Program-made: the position numbers and the translations under genes
Part shown: in pieces, positions 1-11,403 of the stretch
Layout: every line of letters starts with the position of its first letter
Numbering within the stretch: position 1 is the first letter of the stretch
DNA from: Burkholderiales bacterium
GTDB lineage: Bacteria; Pseudomonadota; Gammaproteobacteria; Burkholderiales; Burkholderiaceae_C
NCBI GenBank assembly: GCA_038207945.1
Contig: JBBQZG010000002.1
Location: forward strand, 5,888-69,887
Direction of reading: 5' to 3'
Length of the DNA: 64,000 nucleotides
The notes under the pieces: model-generated
The model's input: only the letters and a program-made list of their open reading frames with translations
Databases searched by the model: none
Told to the model about the DNA's origin: nothing

Positions 1-445
1 ATTCACGTTTGTCGGTGAGGGTGACCAAGACCTCATCCGCACCGTCAACCACATGGGCATTGGTCATGATCATGCCGTCAGACGTCAAGATAAAGCCGGA
101 ACCCACACCACGCGGCTGATCTTCATCCTGCGGCTGGCCATGGTTGGGCAGTGGCGACTGGCGCGGTCCGTTGGGCATGTTCGGAATGGGCAAACCGAAA
201 CGTTTGAAAAATTCAAGCATATTCTGGTCCATGCCGCCACCTTCACCCTGGCGCGCACTGGCTTTCTCAAGTGTACGAATATTCACCACAGAGGGGCCCA
301 CTTGCTCGACCAAATCCGTGAAATCCGGCAACGCCCGCACCTGGGCGACGGCGGTCGCCACGGGCAAAGCAACGGTTGACGCCGTCGCCACCAACACACC
401 ACTGAGCGCGTAAGAACACAAGCTCTTCCAATTGAATCGCATCAT
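1..445 (-). CDS. DegP/DegQ (MucD) family serine endoprotease, N-terminal part (runs off window)
   Basis: Manual translation from ATG 445: signal peptide then LPDFTDLVEQVGPSVVNIRT, typical of HtrA proteases; lies downstream of rseB as in the rpoE-rseAB-mucD operon. Confidence 0.9.
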   Translation of the reverse strand, partial: MMRFNWKSLCSYALSGVLVATASTVALPVATAVAQVRALPDFTDLVEQVGPSVVNIRTLEKASARQGEGGGMDQNMLEFFKRFGLPIPNMPNGPRQSPLPNHGQPQDEDQPRGVGSGFILTSDGMIMTNAHVVDGADEVLVTLTDKRE

Positions 446-485
446 TTTTCGCCTTTAAAAAACAAACAGACAAACACGCCAAAAC

Positions 486-1502
486 TCATTTTTTTCTTTC
501 CAGACTCTGAGCAAATTTTTGCAAGGTTTGTTGCGGCACCTCACCCACCACCGTGATCCACCAGTCGCCCAAACGGCGCATATGCATGTGCGTGGCACCC
601 ATGGCAAACTGTTCATGAGTCCGGGGTTTGCGGTGGGTTGCTGTGTCCAATGCCTCAATAAAGATTGACACGGAAGCCAGGCCGTCTGAAAACACACATT
701 GCAGCGGGCCGCGGCTGACAATCGACCCGCCATCTTGTCGCCTTTGGCAACTCAGGGGCTTAAACCCGGGCACCGTTGCCTTCAATTGCCATCCCTCTTG
801 GTCTGCGGCCGTGGCAATAAGTTCCGGCTTCTTGACAAGATAGCCTTCCGTGTTGTCCATCATGGCGCTAAGTTTGGCCCAGCTGATAGGCTGCGCCATT
901 CGCAATTCAGTGAAAACCGCCTGCTCCAGTACCAACTGCAACGGGTCAAGTGTTTGCAGCTTGACCACCAGACCTGTTGTCTTCTCTGTCCATATCCGAT
1001 ATCCAAAACGCCAGCCATCCCGCGGCACAAGCTGGACCACGTCAGCCGGAAACCCCGCCACCTGGTCATGACCCATGGACTTCAGTTGGTAAAACTGCGC
1101 AATCGATGGGTCAGCACGGCTCAGTACGTCGGAAAAAATACCCAGTGATTCACGCTTTTCAACAATGGCCGTGCTGCTAGCCGGCAAATAAGTGACCACC
1201 TGGTCATTGCGACGGTAGGTAGACCGGGGCACGCCCGTCAGTGCCTCGACCCGCTCCATCTGTTGCTCACCGTCGTGCACATGCCAAATGCGTGCGGACG
1301 ACATGTAGTTCCCCGTGGTCACGACGAACGTGCCCACATAAGCCCGCTTACGCGCCACCTCGTGCAAACGCATCAGCCATTGGTCAACGCTTTGCGGACC
1401 CGCAGCGGCAACCAGGCTGACGCCAAGGGTCGGCGCCGCCACTTGTGCCTGCGCCAAGCCCATCCACACCCACGCCACCAGCCAAACTGCTTGACGCTTC
1501 AA
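486..1502 (-). CDS. rseB: RseB/MucB sigma-E regulatory periplasmic protein
   Basis: Signal peptide; PRDGWRFGYRIW, FSDGLASVSIFIE and VVGEVP motifs; operon context. Confidence 0.92.
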   Translation of the reverse strand: MKRQAVWLVAWVWMGLAQAQVAAPTLGVSLVAAAGPQSVDQWLMRLHEVARKRAYVGTFVVTTGNYMSSARIWHVHDGEQQMERVEALTGVPRSTYRRNDQVVTYLPASSTAIVEKRESLGIFSDVLSRADPSIAQFYQLKSMGHDQVAGFPADVVQLVPRDGWRFGYRIWTEKTTGLVVKLQTLDPLQLVLEQAVFTELRMAQPISWAKLSAMMDNTEGYLVKKPELIATAADQEGWQLKATVPGFKPLSCQRRQDGGSIVSRGPLQCVFSDGLASVSIFIEALDTATHRKPRTHEQFAMGATHMHMRRLGDWWITVVGEVPQQTLQKFAQSLERKK

Positions 1503-2182
1503 CGCGGACCCGCTTCAAATGTGGCATTGCGCAAAAATCCAGCCGGCATCTGCAGCGCCGAAGTGCCACCAAACTGGCGATGCGCCGCCAAGAGCGCATC
1601 AAGCTGCGGGTCACGAATTATCACCGGCGCCTCGGAAGACATGGCCAACGCCGAGGTGCCGTCGCTGCGAATCAACGCCTGTCCGGCTGTGGCGGGGCTC
1701 AGGTCCGCCAAGGCCACAGGCGATGCTGCCGACACTGCTGGCGCTGCATTTTGTTGCGCCAGTTGTGGCACAGCTGATGTATCCGCGAAGTTGGCCCGAT
1801 ACAGCCCTTGCCACGCCAACACACCCACCAACGCGACCGACGCAAGACCAGCAAAGCGTCGCCAGGAGCCATCATTGGCGCTGATCATTTTTGACTGTTT
1901 TTGGCCTTCAGACCTTATCTCTTCAGCATGTATAGCTACCATTTCAATAGCGTCCATCACCATGCGTTGACGCAGCCTCAGTACAAAATCGGCATCGTGT
2001 GCACGCACTTGGCCTTCACTGGAGCGCATCACTTCGCCCAGCAAGTGGTAGGTGTCCCAATTTGAACGTGCCTCACTGCTCGATGCCAGGTCAGCCAGAG
2101 CTTGTACAAACTCGTCACCCTGCAATTGCCCGTCGACCAGCGCGGAAACCAGTTCAGCGCTTTCAATAGATTGATCAACCAT
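1499..2182 (-). CDS. rseA: Anti-sigma-E factor RseA
   Basis: ELVSALVDGQL...WDTYHLLGEVMR N-terminal domain, single TM helix, LLAAHRQF C-terminal motif; between rpoE and rseB. Confidence 0.92.
   Translation of the reverse strand: MVDQSIESAELVSALVDGQLQGDEFVQALADLASSSEARSNWDTYHLLGEVMRSSEGQVRAHDADFVLRLRQRMVMDAIEMVAIHAEEIRSEGQKQSKMISANDGSWRRFAGLASVALVGVLAWQGLYRANFADTSAVPQLAQQNAAPAVSAASPVALADLSPATAGQALIRSDGTSALAMSSEAPVIIRDPQLDALLAAHRQFGGTSALQMPAGFLRNATFEAGPR
1887..1952 (+). repeat. ~65-bp AT-rich dispersed repeat, in-frame copy inside rseA
   Basis: TTTTTGGCCTTCAGACCTTATC...TAGCTACCATTTCAATAGCG aligns with the intergenic copies at 6891 and 46716. Confidence 0.65.
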
Positions 2183-2258
2183 GCGTTACCTTCATTGCAA
2201 TCAGCCCCTCGTAGTGGCTAAAAACCATCTGTGAACTCTTCATGCACCCTGCCATGCG

Positions 2259-2897
2259 CTACCAGCGTTTGCCGGTTTGCTTTTCAAGCATTGGCCGCAC
2301 CTTTGCAGACACAGCCTCGCGCGCCCTGAAAATCCGCGAACGCACCGTGCCCATCGGACACTTCATCAATTCGGCGATGTCTTCATAGCTCATGCCATCT
2401 ATTTCCCGCAACGTCAATGCCTGCTTCAAATCGTCCGGCAAGGCTTCCAGTGCCGCATTGACCGCCAAGGCAATTTCCTTAGCTGCCAATACAGATTCCG
2501 GCGTCTCGTACGTTATTGATTCATTTCTGGGGTAAAAAGTTTCATCTTCATCATCACTGGACGGCATGGCGGCCTGGGTGATGGTGGGATCGCGCTTGAG
2601 TTCCAGTAAAAACTTCTTGGCCGTGTTCACCGCAATGCGGTAAAGCCAGGTGTAAAACTGGGCATCGCCGCGAAACTGGTGCAACGCCCGGTAAGCACGA
2701 ATGAAAGTTTCCTGGGCAATGTCTTCCACCAGGTCCACGTCACGCACCATGCGACCAATCAGCCGCTCAACGCGCCGCTGGTACTTGATCACCAACAACT
2801 CGAACGCAGCTTGATCACCTGCCACTGTGCGCGCCACCAGCAAGGCATCACTGTTGTCAACCGCTGGTGGAGACTTAGGTAGCTCAGGGGGATTCAT
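2259..2897 (-). CDS. rpoE: ECF sigma factor RpoE
   Basis: FELLVIKYQRR, QFYTWLYRIAVN, GTVRSRIFRARE; start taken at ATG 2897. Confidence 0.95.
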   Translation of the reverse strand: MNPPELPKSPPAVDNSDALLVARTVAGDQAAFELLVIKYQRRVERLIGRMVRDVDLVEDIAQETFIRAYRALHQFRGDAQFYTWLYRIAVNTAKKFLLELKRDPTITQAAMPSSDDEDETFYPRNESITYETPESVLAAKEIALAVNAALEALPDDLKQALTLREIDGMSYEDIAELMKCPMGTVRSRIFRAREAVSAKVRPMLEKQTGKRW

Positions 2898-3379
2898 CTC
2901 ACACGCCTTGACGCAACATCTGGAGGACCCAGCGCATCGACCGTGTCGACGCCACTGCTTCTGGCGCGGGCATAGATCGCGCGGCGCAACGCCACCCAAC
3001 GCAGCGGGTTCAACGCCTGGTCCAGCCAAACCCAGGTGACGCGAGCATCTGCCGGGGAACGAAGCCGCAACAACACAAGCTGCTGAAGATCCATCACAAC
3101 CTCAGGCGCAACCATCATTGATTGCGTCTTCACTGCCCAGTACCAGGCAGCACCGTCCCAAGTCAGACTTCCTTTGGGGGTGTGCCACCAATGCCACGCG
3201 GCCATCCATGCCGTCATCAGCCAAAACGCGACCGCCAGCCAGTGGCGCCAACCCAAGGCATCTACCTGCAAGCACCAGATGGACACAACCAAGAATCCAC
3301 ACAGAATCACTGACCCGGTCAACCAAGCTTCAAAACGCGAACGCCCCACCGGAAAACTTACCGCTGGGGCGCTATGCAT
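2894..3379 (-). CDS. Membrane protein, possibly YgfX/CptA-like
   Basis: Two N-terminal TM segments and C-terminal WVALRRAI motif; 4-bp overlap with rpoE start. Confidence 0.6.
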   Translation of the reverse strand: MHSAPAVSFPVGRSRFEAWLTGSVILCGFLVVSIWCLQVDALGWRHWLAVAFWLMTAWMAAWHWWHTPKGSLTWDGAAWYWAVKTQSMMVAPEVVMDLQQLVLLRLRSPADARVTWVWLDQALNPLRWVALRRAIYARARSSGVDTVDALGPPDVASRRVR

Positions 3380-3424
3380 GGCAAAAAGCTGTGACTGAAA
3401 CTGTCGGTATGCAGCGGGGAGAGG

Positions 3425-4672
3425 TCAAGGTGCGCGTTTGAACACAAGTGACCCGTTGGTGCCACCAAAACCAAAGTTGTTTTTGACAGCCACGTCCATC
3501 TTCATGTCTCGTGCCGTATTGGCACAGTAGTCCAGGTCACATTCGGCATCCTGATTAAAGATATTGGTGGTTGGCGGACTCTTCTGGTGGTGCAGCGCCA
3601 ACACGGTTATCACCGACTCCAGGCCCCCCGCGCCACCCAACAAATGACCGGTCATCGACTTGGTAGAGTTCACCACCACTTTTTTAGCGTGGTCGCCGAG
3701 CGCCGCCTTGATGGCATTGGACTCGTTGATGTCACCCAGCGGGGTGGATGTGCCATGCGCATTGACATAGTTCACCTGATCGGCGTTGACGCCTGCATTG
3801 CGCAAGGCACTGACGATGGCACGGCGCGGGCCATCCAGGTTAGGCGCAGTCATGTGGCCAGCGTCTGCGCTCATGCCAAAACCTGCCAACTCGGCATAAA
3901 TTTTTGCACCACGCGCCTTGGCGTGTTCATATTCCTCAAGCACCATCACACCAGCGCCCTCGCCCAGCACAAAACCGTCGCGGTCTTTGTCCCATGGGCG
4001 GGAAGCAGTCGTGGGGTCATCATTGCGGGTGCTGAGGGCGCGCATGGAAGCAAAACCACCGACACCCAGCACCGACACAGACGCTTCTGATCCACCAGCA
4101 ACCACCACGTCGGCATCACCGTATTCGATCATGCGCCCAGCCTGGCCAATGCAGTGCAAGCCAGTGGTGCAGGCGGTTACGATGGCCAAGTTCGGGCCTT
4201 TGAAACCAAATCGAATCGACACATGGCCAGCGATCATGTTGATGATCGTCGACGGCACGAAAAAGGGCGAAATGCGACGCGCACCACGTTCTAAAAACTC
4301 AGTGTGCACGCTTTCAATCATCGGCAAACCGCCAATACCGGAACCGATCACACAGCCAATGCGCGTGGCCAGTTCTTCGCTCAGGGCAGCGCCCGTGGGA
4401 AGACCAGAATCCACCACAGCCTGAGCAGCCGCTGCAACACCGTAGTGGATAAAGGTGTCCATGGTGCGCGCCTCTTTGCCACTCATGTAGGACTCGATGT
4501 CAAAGCCCTTGACTTCAGCTGCAATTTTGCAATTGAAGGTGGACGCATCAAACTTGGTGATCAGGCCGACGCCCGACTGGCCGGCGAGCAAATTTGCCCA
4601 AGCGGTGTCGACCGTATTGCCCACGGGACTGACACAACCTAAACCGGTAACAACGACACGACGACGGGACAT
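3425..4672 (-). CDS. fabF: 3-oxoacyl-ACP synthase II
   Basis: [32 protein letters not shown]. Confidence 0.97.
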   Translation of the reverse strand: MSRRRVVVTGLGCVSPVGNTVDTAWANLLAGQSGVGLITKFDASTFNCKIAAEVKGFDIESYMSGKEARTMDTFIHYGVAAAAQAVVDSGLPTGAALSEELATRIGCVIGSGIGGLPMIESVHTEFLERGARRISPFFVPSTIINMIAGHVSIRFGFKGPNLAIVTACTTGLHCIGQAGRMIEYGDADVVVAGGSEASVSVLGVGGFASMRALSTRNDDPTTASRPWDKDRDGFVLGEGAGVMVLEEYEHAKARGAKIYAELAGFGMSADAGHMTAPNLDGPRRAIVSALRNAGVNADQVNYVNAHGTSTPLGDINESNAIKAALGDHAKKVVVNSTKSMTGHLLGGAGGLESVITVLALHHQKSPPTTNIFNQDAECDLDYCANTARDMKMDVAVKNNFGFGGTNGSLVFKRAP

Positions 4673-4823
4673 AGGGATCAACAGTCAGTGGTTTGTCAGA
4701 AATAGACTACGCTCAAAATTGAGCGTAGCTGAGAATTTGGTTAGTCAGCGAAGGCGAACTGCTGAAGGGCAGAACGACCTGCTGACACGCACAGCTCTCA
4801 CGAGGAGAACCGTGAGTGAAGGC

Positions 4824-5099
<276 letters not shown>

Positions 5100-5173
5100 T
5101 TAGCCGGGCTTGAAAGCTGTGCCTCAAGCTGGCCACGAACTCGAAAGATTACTCTGTTTATATACGATGACGC

Positions 5174-5920
5174 TTACATGTACATGCCACCATTGACATG
5201 CAGCTCCTGCCCCGTCACGTAAGCCGCCTGGGGTGAGGCAAGGTAGGCTACGGCGTGCGCAATGTCAGAGGGCTTACCCAAATGTCCAAGCGGAATTTGC
5301 GACAACAATCCTTTTTGTTGCTCATCGGACAGCTGCGCAGTCATGTCAGTTTCAATGAAACCAGGTGCGACACAATTCACAGTGATGTTGCGCGAGCCCA
5401 ACTCACGGGACAGCGCGCGGGTCATGCCCGCCACCCCCGCCTTGGCGGCAGCGTAGTTGGCCTGTCCCGGGTTACCAGAGGCGCCCACCACCGAAGTGAT
5501 GCTGATGATGCGGCCATAACGCTGCTTCATCATGGTGCGCATCACAGCGCGGCTCATGCGAAACACCGCCTTCAGGTTGGTGTCAAGCACGGCATCCCAC
5601 TCATCGTCTTTCATGCGCATGGCGAGGTTGTCACGCGTGATACCTGCGTTGTTTACCAAAATTTGCAGGCCACCGTGTTCTTTGACCACGCTGTCGATCA
5701 ACGCATCCACCCCAGCCGCATCGTTGACGTTGAGCGTTTTACCGCTGCAGCCAGGGTAAGCTGAGAGCGCTTCCGACACCTTGATGGCGCCATCTTCCGT
5801 GGTGGCGGTGCCAATGACCTTCAAGCCACGCTTGGCAAGCTCCAACGCAATGGCCGCACCAATGCCGCGAGAGGCCCCAGTGACCAAGGCGACCTGGCCT
5901 TCAAATTTGATCTCATTCAT
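5174..5920 (-). CDS. fabG: 3-oxoacyl-ACP reductase
   Basis: TGASRGIG, NNAGITRD, YAAAK. Confidence 0.97.
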   Translation of the reverse strand: MNEIKFEGQVALVTGASRGIGAAIALELAKRGLKVIGTATTEDGAIKVSEALSAYPGCSGKTLNVNDAAGVDALIDSVVKEHGGLQILVNNAGITRDNLAMRMKDDEWDAVLDTNLKAVFRMSRAVMRTMMKQRYGRIISITSVVGASGNPGQANYAAAKAGVAGMTRALSRELGSRNITVNCVAPGFIETDMTAQLSDEQQKGLLSQIPLGHLGKPSDIAHAVAYLASPQAAYVTGQELHVNGGMYM

Positions 5921-5924
5921 GAAC

Positions 5925-6881
5925 TTATGCTTCCAGAACACATGTTTTAACTTCAGCCAGGCTGGCGGTATCCAACAACGCCATGCCTTGCATCTCCGGG
6001 TTGATACGTTTGGTCATGCCAGCAAGGACTTTGCCCGGGCCACATTCCACCAAAGTCGTCAAACCTCGCGCACCCAGGGCCTGCACACATTCCACCCAGC
6101 GCACCGGTCCGAAAGCCTGCCGATACAGCGCGTCACGGATCCTGTCGGGGTCAGACTCAACCGCCACATCAATGTTGTTGACCACCGGGATTTGAGGCAC
6201 TGCAAACGCCGTGGCTTGCAGCTTTTCCAAGAGCTTAAGAGCGGCAGGCTTCATCAAGCTGGAGTGAAATGGCGCCGACACCGGCAATGGCAAGGCCCGT
6301 TTGGCTCCCAGTAATTTCAGCGCCACACAAGCCTGCTCGACGGCTGCCTTGGACCCGGCGATCACCGTCTGCCCAGGGTCATTGAAGTTCACCGCTTCCA
6401 CAATCTCACTTGAACCCTGACCGTAAGTCGCCGTCACTTCAGCACAACCTGCAATCACTTTGGCCGCATCGAGTCCCAAAATCGCGGCCATGGCCCCTTG
6501 CCCCACCGGCACCGCTTCCTGCATCGCCTGCGCCCGAAAACGCACCAACGGTGCCGCTTGGGACAGGGTGAGCACTTCAGAAGCAACCAAGGCAGCGTAC
6601 TCACCCAGCGAATGTCCAGCCACGGCCTGTGGCGCCAGGCCAACCTCAGCCATCCAGACCCGATAAGCCGCGACCCCTGCGACCAACATCACAGGCTGGG
6701 TGTTGGTGGTGAGTGCCAGCGCCTCCTTGGGCCCGTCTTTGATCAGGCGACCAATGTCTTCACCCAGCGCGTCGGATGCCTCGGCGACCGCCTGGCGAAC
6801 TTGCACATGCTCACCCCAGCCATCCAGCATGCCAACCGACTGTGAACCTTGACCCGGAAAAACAAAAGCGAACGGTTTCAT
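5925..6881 (-). CDS. fabD: Malonyl-CoA:ACP transacylase
   Basis: FPGQGSQ, GHSLGE, SAPFHS. Confidence 0.97.
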   Translation of the reverse strand: MKPFAFVFPGQGSQSVGMLDGWGEHVQVRQAVAEASDALGEDIGRLIKDGPKEALALTTNTQPVMLVAGVAAYRVWMAEVGLAPQAVAGHSLGEYAALVASEVLTLSQAAPLVRFRAQAMQEAVPVGQGAMAAILGLDAAKVIAGCAEVTATYGQGSSEIVEAVNFNDPGQTVIAGSKAAVEQACVALKLLGAKRALPLPVSAPFHSSLMKPAALKLLEKLQATAFAVPQIPVVNNIDVAVESDPDRIRDALYRQAFGPVRWVECVQALGARGLTTLVECGPGKVLAGMTKRINPEMQGMALLDTASLAEVKTCVLEA

Positions 6882-6890
6882 GATTTTAAT

Positions 6891-6956
6891 AAATTTATAA
6901 GAAATCAGGCTCTAGCCCTTATATCCATTACGCAAGAAGCTATAAATTAAGCAGCA
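6891..6956 (+). repeat. ~65-bp AT-rich dispersed repeat between fabH and fabD, overlapping the fabH stop
   Basis: AAATTTATAAGAAATCAGGCTCTAGCCCTTATATCCATTACGCAAGAAGCTATAAATTAAGCAGCA; close to copy 46716-46781. Confidence 0.8.
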
Positions 6957-7917
6957 CTGCACCCCAGGTAAAACCACCACCCACAGCCTCGAGCAAAAGC
7001 GTTTGCCCGGGTTTCACCTGCCCGCTGCGCACCGCGGTGTCCAGCGCCAAGGGAATCGATGCCGCAGAAGTGTTGCCATGCTGGTCAACGGTCACAACCA
7101 CTTTATCCATAGACAATTTGAGTTTGCGTGCAGTGCTCTGCATGATGCGAATGTTGGCTTGGTGCGGAATCAGCCAATCCACGTCAGCTTCTGTTTTACC
7201 AGCCTTGGTAAGCACGGCCCGAGCTGCTTCATCGAGCACCCCCACGGCCAGTTTGAACACGGCCTGACCATCCATGCGGAGCAACGGATCGCCGAGCACC
7301 TGACCGCCGCACACATGGCCCGGCACACACAGAATGTCGGAGTAGCCGCCATCCGCGTGGATGTCTGTGGCCAGAATGCCGGGCGTGTCAGACGCCTCCA
7401 GCACCACAGCACCGGCGCCATCGCCAAACAGCACGCAGGTGGTGCGATCCTTGAAATCCAGAATACGCGAAAACACCTCGGCACCGACCACCAAAGCTTT
7501 TTTGGCAGTGCCTGACCGGATCAGTGAATCTGCCAAAGTCAGCGCGTAAATGAAGCCGCTGCAGACCGCTTGCACATCAAATGCCGGCCCGCCCTTGACC
7601 CCCAACTTGCTCTGCAAAATACAGGCGGTAGAGGGAAACACCATGTCTGGCGTGGAGGTTGCCACAATGATCAAGTCAATGTCCTTGGCATCGACGCCTG
7701 CAGCTTGCAACGCACCAAGCGAAGCCTGCAACGCCAGGTCGCTGCTATTGACACCCGCGTCCACGAAGTGTCGTGCACGAATGCCAGTGCGCTCCACAAT
7801 CCATTCATCGCTTGACTCTACGCCCTGAATGGCGAGTTCAGCCACCAAATCGGCATTGGTCAAACGGCGCGGCGGCAAATAGCTGCCAGTACCAGTGATA
7901 CGAGAGTAAGTTTTCAT
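6940..7917 (-). CDS. fabH: 3-oxoacyl-ACP synthase III
   Basis: [23 protein letters not shown]. Confidence 0.97.
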   Translation of the reverse strand: MKTYSRITGTGSYLPPRRLTNADLVAELAIQGVESSDEWIVERTGIRARHFVDAGVNSSDLALQASLGALQAAGVDAKDIDLIIVATSTPDMVFPSTACILQSKLGVKGGPAFDVQAVCSGFIYALTLADSLIRSGTAKKALVVGAEVFSRILDFKDRTTCVLFGDGAGAVVLEASDTPGILATDIHADGGYSDILCVPGHVCGGQVLGDPLLRMDGQAVFKLAVGVLDEAARAVLTKAGKTEADVDWLIPHQANIRIMQSTARKLKLSMDKVVVTVDQHGNTSAASIPLALDTAVRSGQVKPGQTLLLEAVGGGFTWGAVLLNL

Positions 7918-7920
7918 GGT

Positions 7921-8970
7921 TTAGACGGGCAGAACCGACTCCGGCGTGGCTGGCACGGGAGCGCCCTCAAAAAGAGGGGCCGCGTGCGCAATCCTGACCC
8001 GAACCCTGTCCAGTAAATTATTGCGGGCTGCATCATACGCCCGGCCTAAGGCGTACCCAAAAGCCAACTCGTCCGCCGAGCCATGGCTTTTGAACACCAG
8101 GCCACGCAGGCCCAGCAATGCACCGCCGTTGTAACGACGATGATCCATACGTTTTTTAAGCGCAGATATCACCGGGTAAGCAGTTAATGCAGCAATTTTG
8201 GTAAAGATGTTGCGTGAAAACTCTCTTTTCAGAAAATCGACAATCATTCCTGCCAAACCTTCACTGGCCTTCAGCGCCACATTGCCGACAAACCCGTCAC
8301 ACACCACGATGTCGGCAGTGCCTTTGAAAATGTCGTTGCCTTCAACATTGCCGTAAAAATTCAAATCGCCAGCTTTAGAAGCCGTTCGCAGCAATTCGCC
8401 CGCTTTTTTGATGACTTCATTGCCTTTGATCGCCTCTTCACCAATATTGAGCAGGCCCACCGTGGGATTTTCTTCGCCACTGAGAACGGATACCAACGCT
8501 GAGCCCATGACTGCAAACTGCAGCAAATGCTCAGCCGAGCAATCCACATTGGCCCCCATGTCCAGCACCGTGGTGGCCAGCCCTTTGGCATTTGGGATTT
8601 GTCCAGCAATCGCTGGCCGGTCGATACCATCAAGCGTTTTAAGAAGATAACGCGAAATCGCCATCAAAGCACCAGTGTTACCCGCAGATACTGCAGCCTG
8701 TGCGGCACCCTCTTTTACTTGCATGATCGCAATCCGCATCGACGAGTCTTTTTTGCGGCGCAGGGCCACTTCCAGCGGATCGTCCATGGCAACCACCTCA
8801 CTCGCCAGCAGCACCGTGGCGCGAACGTGTGCATAGCCTTTCATGCTTTGTGGCAAACCTACCAAAATCAGTTGCACATCGGCATGCTGATCCAGAAAAC
8901 GTGTACAAGCAGGCAATGTGACACGGGGCCCGTGGTCACCGCCCATGCAGTCAACAGCAATAGTGATCAT
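7921..8970 (-). CDS. plsX: Phosphate acyltransferase PlsX
   Basis: [26 protein letters not shown]. Confidence 0.96.
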   Translation of the reverse strand: MITIAVDCMGGDHGPRVTLPACTRFLDQHADVQLILVGLPQSMKGYAHVRATVLLASEVVAMDDPLEVALRRKKDSSMRIAIMQVKEGAAQAAVSAGNTGALMAISRYLLKTLDGIDRPAIAGQIPNAKGLATTVLDMGANVDCSAEHLLQFAVMGSALVSVLSGEENPTVGLLNIGEEAIKGNEVIKKAGELLRTASKAGDLNFYGNVEGNDIFKGTADIVVCDGFVGNVALKASEGLAGMIVDFLKREFSRNIFTKIAALTAYPVISALKKRMDHRRYNGGALLGLRGLVFKSHGSADELAFGYALGRAYDAARNNLLDRVRVRIAHAAPLFEGAPVPATPESVLPV

Positions 8971-9046
8971 GAATAACAGGTTGCCCAACAAACAACAATG
9001 ACGAGTTCAAATACGCTCGACTTTAGAAATCGAAGCCACAAAAGCA

Positions 9047-9083
9047 AAGGCCCGGGGCTACACGCGTGGTAGCCCCGGGCCTT
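9047..9083 (-). terminator. Intrinsic terminator after rpmF
   Basis: 15-bp stem AAGGCCCGGGGCTAC/GTAGCCCCGGGCCTT followed by a T-rich tract on the minus strand. Confidence 0.7.
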
Positions 9084-9098
9084 GGGTGTCTAGCTTAA

Positions 9099-9281
9099 TT
9101 AGGCTTCAGACTTGTTCTTGAGCACCTGACGGCCACGGTAAAAACCGTTCGGGCTGATGTGATGGCGCAGGTGCGTCTCACCTGTGGTGGATTCCACAGC
9201 AATGCCGGGAACAACCAAAGCGTTGTGTGAGCGGTGCATACCGCGCTTCGAAGGGGACTTTTTGTTTTGTTGGACGGCCAT
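9099..9281 (-). CDS. rpmF: 50S ribosomal protein L32
   Basis: [19 protein letters not shown]. Confidence 0.97.
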   Translation of the reverse strand: MAVQQNKKSPSKRGMHRSHNALVVPGIAVESTTGETHLRHHISPNGFYRGRQVLKNKSEA

Positions 9282-9402
9282 GTTCCGCTCCTTAAGGCTA
9301 TGCGCTGCAGGAAATCGCAGCAACTAGTGATTGTTAAACAGCGCACAGCAGCCATGCGCAAAAGCTGCAGAGTATAACCCAAGACAGCCGGACTTCAAAG
9401 AG

Positions 9403-9948
9403 TCAACGCTTACGCGAGTCCTTCAGACCGACCAACACCGCAAACGGGTTGGGCTTGACAGGGGCGTCTTCAAAGTCAGCGTCTGTGGCCATCAGCTTGA
9501 TGGCCACCGGGCAGGTTTCATGGCGTGGCACCACTGGCAAATCCATCAACACCTCGTCTTCGATCAAGCTCATGAGGTCAAAGTCATGGCTCAGCACCAG
9601 CACATCTTCGGATGACTCGTCGTCCTCAAGCTCAGCCTGCGCTTCACTATCCACAAACCTGAAAGACCGATTGATCTCCACCGGCACATCCACAGCACCC
9701 AGGCAACGTTGGCAAGTCAAGGGCAAAGTCACACTGGCCGTCAAATGCAACCACACCTGCAGTTGACCCGTAGGGCCGGACTCGAGTTCGCCGCGCACTG
9801 ACCAGTTCAACGCATTTTGAGCGCCTAGCCCTTGCGTTTCCTGCATCAATCGCTCGTAATTTGATAGTAAATCTTGTCCGGAAAGATGCATGGCTAATTG
9901 CCCAGCCTGCTTCACATCCAGTTTCGGGGGGGATACGTGTTCACTCAT
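9403..9948 (-). CDS. yceD: YceD/DUF177 family protein
   Basis: LTCQRCL, LIEDEVLMDLP, NPFAVL; upstream of rpmF. Confidence 0.9.
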   Translation of the reverse strand: MSEHVSPPKLDVKQAGQLAMHLSGQDLLSNYERLMQETQGLGAQNALNWSVRGELESGPTGQLQVWLHLTASVTLPLTCQRCLGAVDVPVEINRSFRFVDSEAQAELEDDESSEDVLVLSHDFDLMSLIEDEVLMDLPVVPRHETCPVAIKLMATDADFEDAPVKPNPFAVLVGLKDSRKR

Positions 9949-9973
9949 GGGTGCAGTGTAAGAGAATCACGCC

Positions 9974-10567
9974 ATGACTGAATTCCCCCAACGCCAGCTG
10001 ATTCTGGCCTCCACCTCTGTTTATCGCCGCCAATTGCTGGATCGGCTGCGCCTGCCGTTCACCGTGATCGCGTCCAACGTTGATGAAGTTGCGCAGCCGA
10101 ACGAGCCCCCGGGGCAGCTGGCCTGCAGGCTGGCGCGGACCAAAGCACAAGTGGTCGCCACACAGCACCCCGACAGCGTGGTCATCGGTTCAGATCAGGT
10201 GGCAGACTTGAATGGTGAAGCGCTGGGAAAGCCTGAAACACATGCGCGAGCTGTGGCCCAACTGCAGCGCATGCGTGGGCAAACCGTGATTTTCCAGACC
10301 GCAGTGGCTGTCGTCTGCCAGGCCACGGGGTTTGCAAAAACCGAGTTGGCGCAGGTCAAGGTTCAATTCAAGCACCTGACAGACGCGCAGATCGAGCGCT
10401 ACCTGCTGGCGGAGCAGCCCTACGACTGTGCAGGCAGCGCCAAAAGTGAAGGTCTGGGCATTGCCTTGCTTGCACGCATTGACAACGACGACCCGACTGC
10501 CCTGGTCGGTCTGCCTTTGATTCGCACCTGCCAATTGCTGGAAGCCGCAGGGATTGAAGTGCTATGA
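9974..10567 (+). CDS. Maf family nucleotide pyrophosphatase (YceF-like)
   Basis: LILASTSVYRRQLL, IGSDQV, CAGSAKSEGLG. Confidence 0.93.
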   Translation: MTEFPQRQLILASTSVYRRQLLDRLRLPFTVIASNVDEVAQPNEPPGQLACRLARTKAQVVATQHPDSVVIGSDQVADLNGEALGKPETHARAVAQLQRMRGQTVIFQTAVAVVCQATGFAKTELAQVKVQFKHLTDAQIERYLLAEQPYDCAGSAKSEGLGIALLARIDNDDPTALVGLPLIRTCQLLEAAGIEVL

Positions 10568-11346
10568 CGACGCCACACACTACCGCACAAACCAAAGGCC
10601 AGCTTTATCTGGTACCTGCACCGCTTGACTTTGGCTGTGCGCAAACCCCTGATTTGCGTGCCACCATGCCTATGGGCACGATCACGGTCGTCGCAAATCT
10701 GACCCACTGGATTTGTGAAAACGCCAAGTCAGCCCGCGCTTACCTCAAACGCGTCAACGATATCACTCCGCTGTGCCAACCCATTCAAGCGCTGTCGCTG
10801 GTGGAGTTGCCACGCGAAGTGCACAAAAAGGGAGACCAAAACGGCACGTTTGACGCTCGCGCCCTGCTTAAACCTGCGCTGGAGGGGCACCACATTGGCT
10901 TGGTCAGTGAAGCCGGCATGCCCGCAATTGCCGATCCGGGCTCATCAGTGGTTCGCGCGGCCCATGAACTGGGCATTAAGGTTGTGCCCTTGGTGGGCCC
11001 GGTGTCTTTGCTATTGGCACTGGCCGCAAGCGGGCTCAATGGACAAAACTTTGCGTTTGTCGGCTATTTGCCGCAAGACCCACAGGAGCGCATTGGGCGC
11101 ATTCGTGAATTGGAGGCACTGGCCCTGAAAACTGGGCAAACCCAGTTGTTCATTGAAACCCCTTACCGCAACCTGGCCATGTACCAAGCCCTGCTGAACA
11201 CCCTGCAGCACACCACCCGCCTGGCCATCAGCTGCGGGCTGACGCTGGACAACGCCCGCATCGCCAGCGACTGCATCAAGGAATGGAAGCAGAAACCAGT
11301 GCTGCTGGACAACGCCACGCCCGCTGTATTTGCCATTGGGCGCTAA
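10564..11346 (+). CDS. Tetrapyrrole-methylase-family (RsmI-like) SAM-dependent methyltransferase
   Basis: LYLVPAPL, SEAGMPAIADPG, FIETPYRN. Confidence 0.88.
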   Translation: MTTPHTTAQTKGQLYLVPAPLDFGCAQTPDLRATMPMGTITVVANLTHWICENAKSARAYLKRVNDITPLCQPIQALSLVELPREVHKKGDQNGTFDARALLKPALEGHHIGLVSEAGMPAIADPGSSVVRAAHELGIKVVPLVGPVSLLLALAASGLNGQNFAFVGYLPQDPQERIGRIRELEALALKTGQTQLFIETPYRNLAMYQALLNTLQHTTRLAISCGLTLDNARIASDCIKEWKQKPVLLDNATPAVFAIGR

Positions 11347-11403
11347 ACCCGCCGGGCAACCCGACACCGCATCAGAGGTGGTGCCTGGTCTGCGCCAGGC
11401 AGA

